From an uncultured Planctomycetota bacterium (lineage in GTDB: Bacteria > Planctomycetota > Brocadiia > CAIUPP01), in the NCBI GenBank assembly GCA_903901045.1, contig CAIUPP010000061.1, forward strand, positions 38,374 to 102,373: DNA of 64,000 nucleotides. Direction: 5' to 3'. The position numbers and the translations under genes are program-made. Every line of letters starts with the position of its first letter. The first letter of the stretch is position 1. The notes under the pieces were generated by a model. That model ran no database searches. It had not been told where the DNA came from and saw only the letters and a program-made list of their open reading frames with translations. This document shows, piece after piece, positions 62,886 through 64,000 of this stretch.

Positions 62886-64000
62886 ATGCCCCGCCGAAGC
62901 ATGCTTCTCTTCCTCGTCGTCCTGCTGGTCAGCGCCATGGGCGTCAGCCACGCTTTCACCAAAGACCAGTATCAGGACGAAATGCGCACGTTCTCCCAGA
63001 TCCTCTACCAGGTGATGGACAGCTACGTCACCGACGTCGATTCGAAGAAGCTCTTCAGCGGCGCCTATCGCGGCATGCTCTCCACGCTGGACCCCTACAG
63101 CCAGTACTTCGACGCGCAGGAGGCCAAGAGCTTCCAGGCGGGCACCGAGGGGCAGTTCGGCGGCGTCGGAATTGAAATCAGCATGCAGGACGGGGTGCTC
63201 ACCGTCGTCAGCCCCATCAAGGGCACCCCGGCTTACGACGCGGGGATTCTGCCGGGCGACCTGATCCTCAAGATCAACGGCAAGTCGACCGAGCGCATCT
63301 CGCTGGATGAGGCGGTCAACACGCTGCGCGGCGATATCGGCACCAAGGTCTCTCTCGTCGTGCGCCATATCGGCGCCGCCACCGATACCCCCGTGGAGCT
63401 GACGCGCGCCAAGATCTCCCCCTCCTCCATCGAGGCGCTGATGATCGACAAGGCCAACGGCATCGGCTACGTGCGAGTCAGCCAGTTCACCGCCACCGTG
63501 ATGAAGGACTTCAACGCCGCCGTCGAGGAGTTGCAGAAGAAGGGAATGCGCGGGCTCATTCTGGACATGCGCGGGAACCCCGGCGGATTGCTGGACATGG
63601 CGGTTGAGATGTCCGACCGCTTCATCGCCAGCGGGAAGATCGTGAGCATGAAGGGGCGGCGGCCCGAGTCCGAGCGCATCTTCTCCGCTCACGCGGGGGA
63701 CAAGCTGGAGGAGTTGCCGCTGATCGTGCTGGTGGACGAAGGCTCCGCCAGCGCCGCCGAGATCGTCGCCGGCGCCATCAAGGACCACCACCGCGCGCTG
63801 CTGGTGGGGGCGCGCACGTACGGCAAGGGCTCCGTCCAGAACGTCTTCGAACTGGGGAACGGGCAGGCTCTCAAGCTCACCACCGCCAAGTACTACACCC
63901 CCTCGGGCAAGCCGATCGAGGACCATCAGGGCCTCGTGCCGGATATCTACATCCCCATGCCCCGCGACCTGCTGATCGCGCTTCGCAACCAGGAGCGCGA
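62886..64000 (+). CDS. ctpA: S41-family C-terminal processing (tail-specific) protease, 3' end beyond window
   Basis: AAAGGAG RBS 6 nt before the ATG. Signal peptide, PDZ domain (GIEISMQDGVLTVVSPIKGTPAYDAGILPGDLILKING) and LILDMRGNPGG catalytic region. The ORF is still open at 64000 and is not reported in the ORF track. Confidence 0.85.
   Translation, partial: MPRRSMLLFLVVLLVSAMGVSHAFTKDQYQDEMRTFSQILYQVMDSYVTDVDSKKLFSGAYRGMLSTLDPYSQYFDAQEAKSFQAGTEGQFGGVGIEISMQDGVLTVVSPIKGTPAYDAGILPGDLILKINGKSTERISLDEAVNTLRGDIGTKVSLVVRHIGAATDTPVELTRAKISPSSIEALMIDKANGIGYVRVSQFTATVMKDFNAAVEELQKKGMRGLILDMRGNPGGLLDMAVEMSDRFIASGKIVSMKGRRPESERIFSAHAGDKLEELPLIVLVDEGSASAAEIVAGAIKDHHRALLVGARTYGKGSVQNVFELGNGQALKLTTAKYYTPSGKPIEDHQGLVPDIYIPMPRDLLIALRNQER

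Overview
This is a high-GC (~68%) bacterial chromosomal segment that contains the replication-origin neighbourhood: dnaA, an AT-rich oriC with three DnaA boxes, dnaN, a DUF721 gene and gyrB, all on the minus strand.

A long minus-strand Tad/Flp pilus operon runs from ~24.1 kb down to ~8.1 kb. In transcription order it carries two flp pilin genes, the prepilin peptidase tadV, TadE/TadG-like pseudopilins, cpaB, a cpaF ATPase fused to an FHA domain, tadB and tadC. Downstream of these are a DUF192 gene and two further FHA-domain proteins.

The remaining content is largely housekeeping:
- Window-edge partial genes: a partial [FeFe]-hydrogenase HydA (5' edge) and a partial S41 C-terminal protease (3' edge).
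- Metabolism and transport: a NuoE-like ferredoxin, two tandem CNNM/CorC paralogs, fumarate hydratase alpha and beta, PabB, a thioesterase, ApbE, a LarA-like protein and sugar isomerases.
- DNA and RNA maintenance: a short UvrC-like nuclease, a second GIY-YIG protein, RluA, a TrmH/SpoU methyltransferase and tRNA-Phe.
- Regulation and stress: an HTH-PtsN protein, Usp, an SPFH protein, and an ECF sigma/anti-sigma pair.
- Cell-wall enzymes: MltA and a transglutaminase-like protein.

Two unusual proteins stand out: a 1637-aa membrane-anchored HEAT-repeat protein, and a secreted collagen-like protein with a phage-tail-fibre-type chaperone domain.

The most unusual feature is an exceptional load of structured repeats. 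Four paralogous four-helix-bundle genes of the '23S rRNA intervening-sequence protein' family sit exactly in the gaps between tad genes. Each is bracketed by inverted repeats built from tandem heptanucleotides. The heptamer unit differs at every locus, but the two arms of each pair match, so these are IVS-like cassettes inside an mRNA operon. The same heptamer-inverted-repeat architecture also occurs as empty hairpins, and as a pair bracketing the rRNA methyltransferase gene. The repeat arms overlap the leader-peptide coding regions of the pseudopilin genes.

In addition there are at least four families of REP-like palindromes. Two of these are inserted in-frame inside the rluA and pabB coding sequences.
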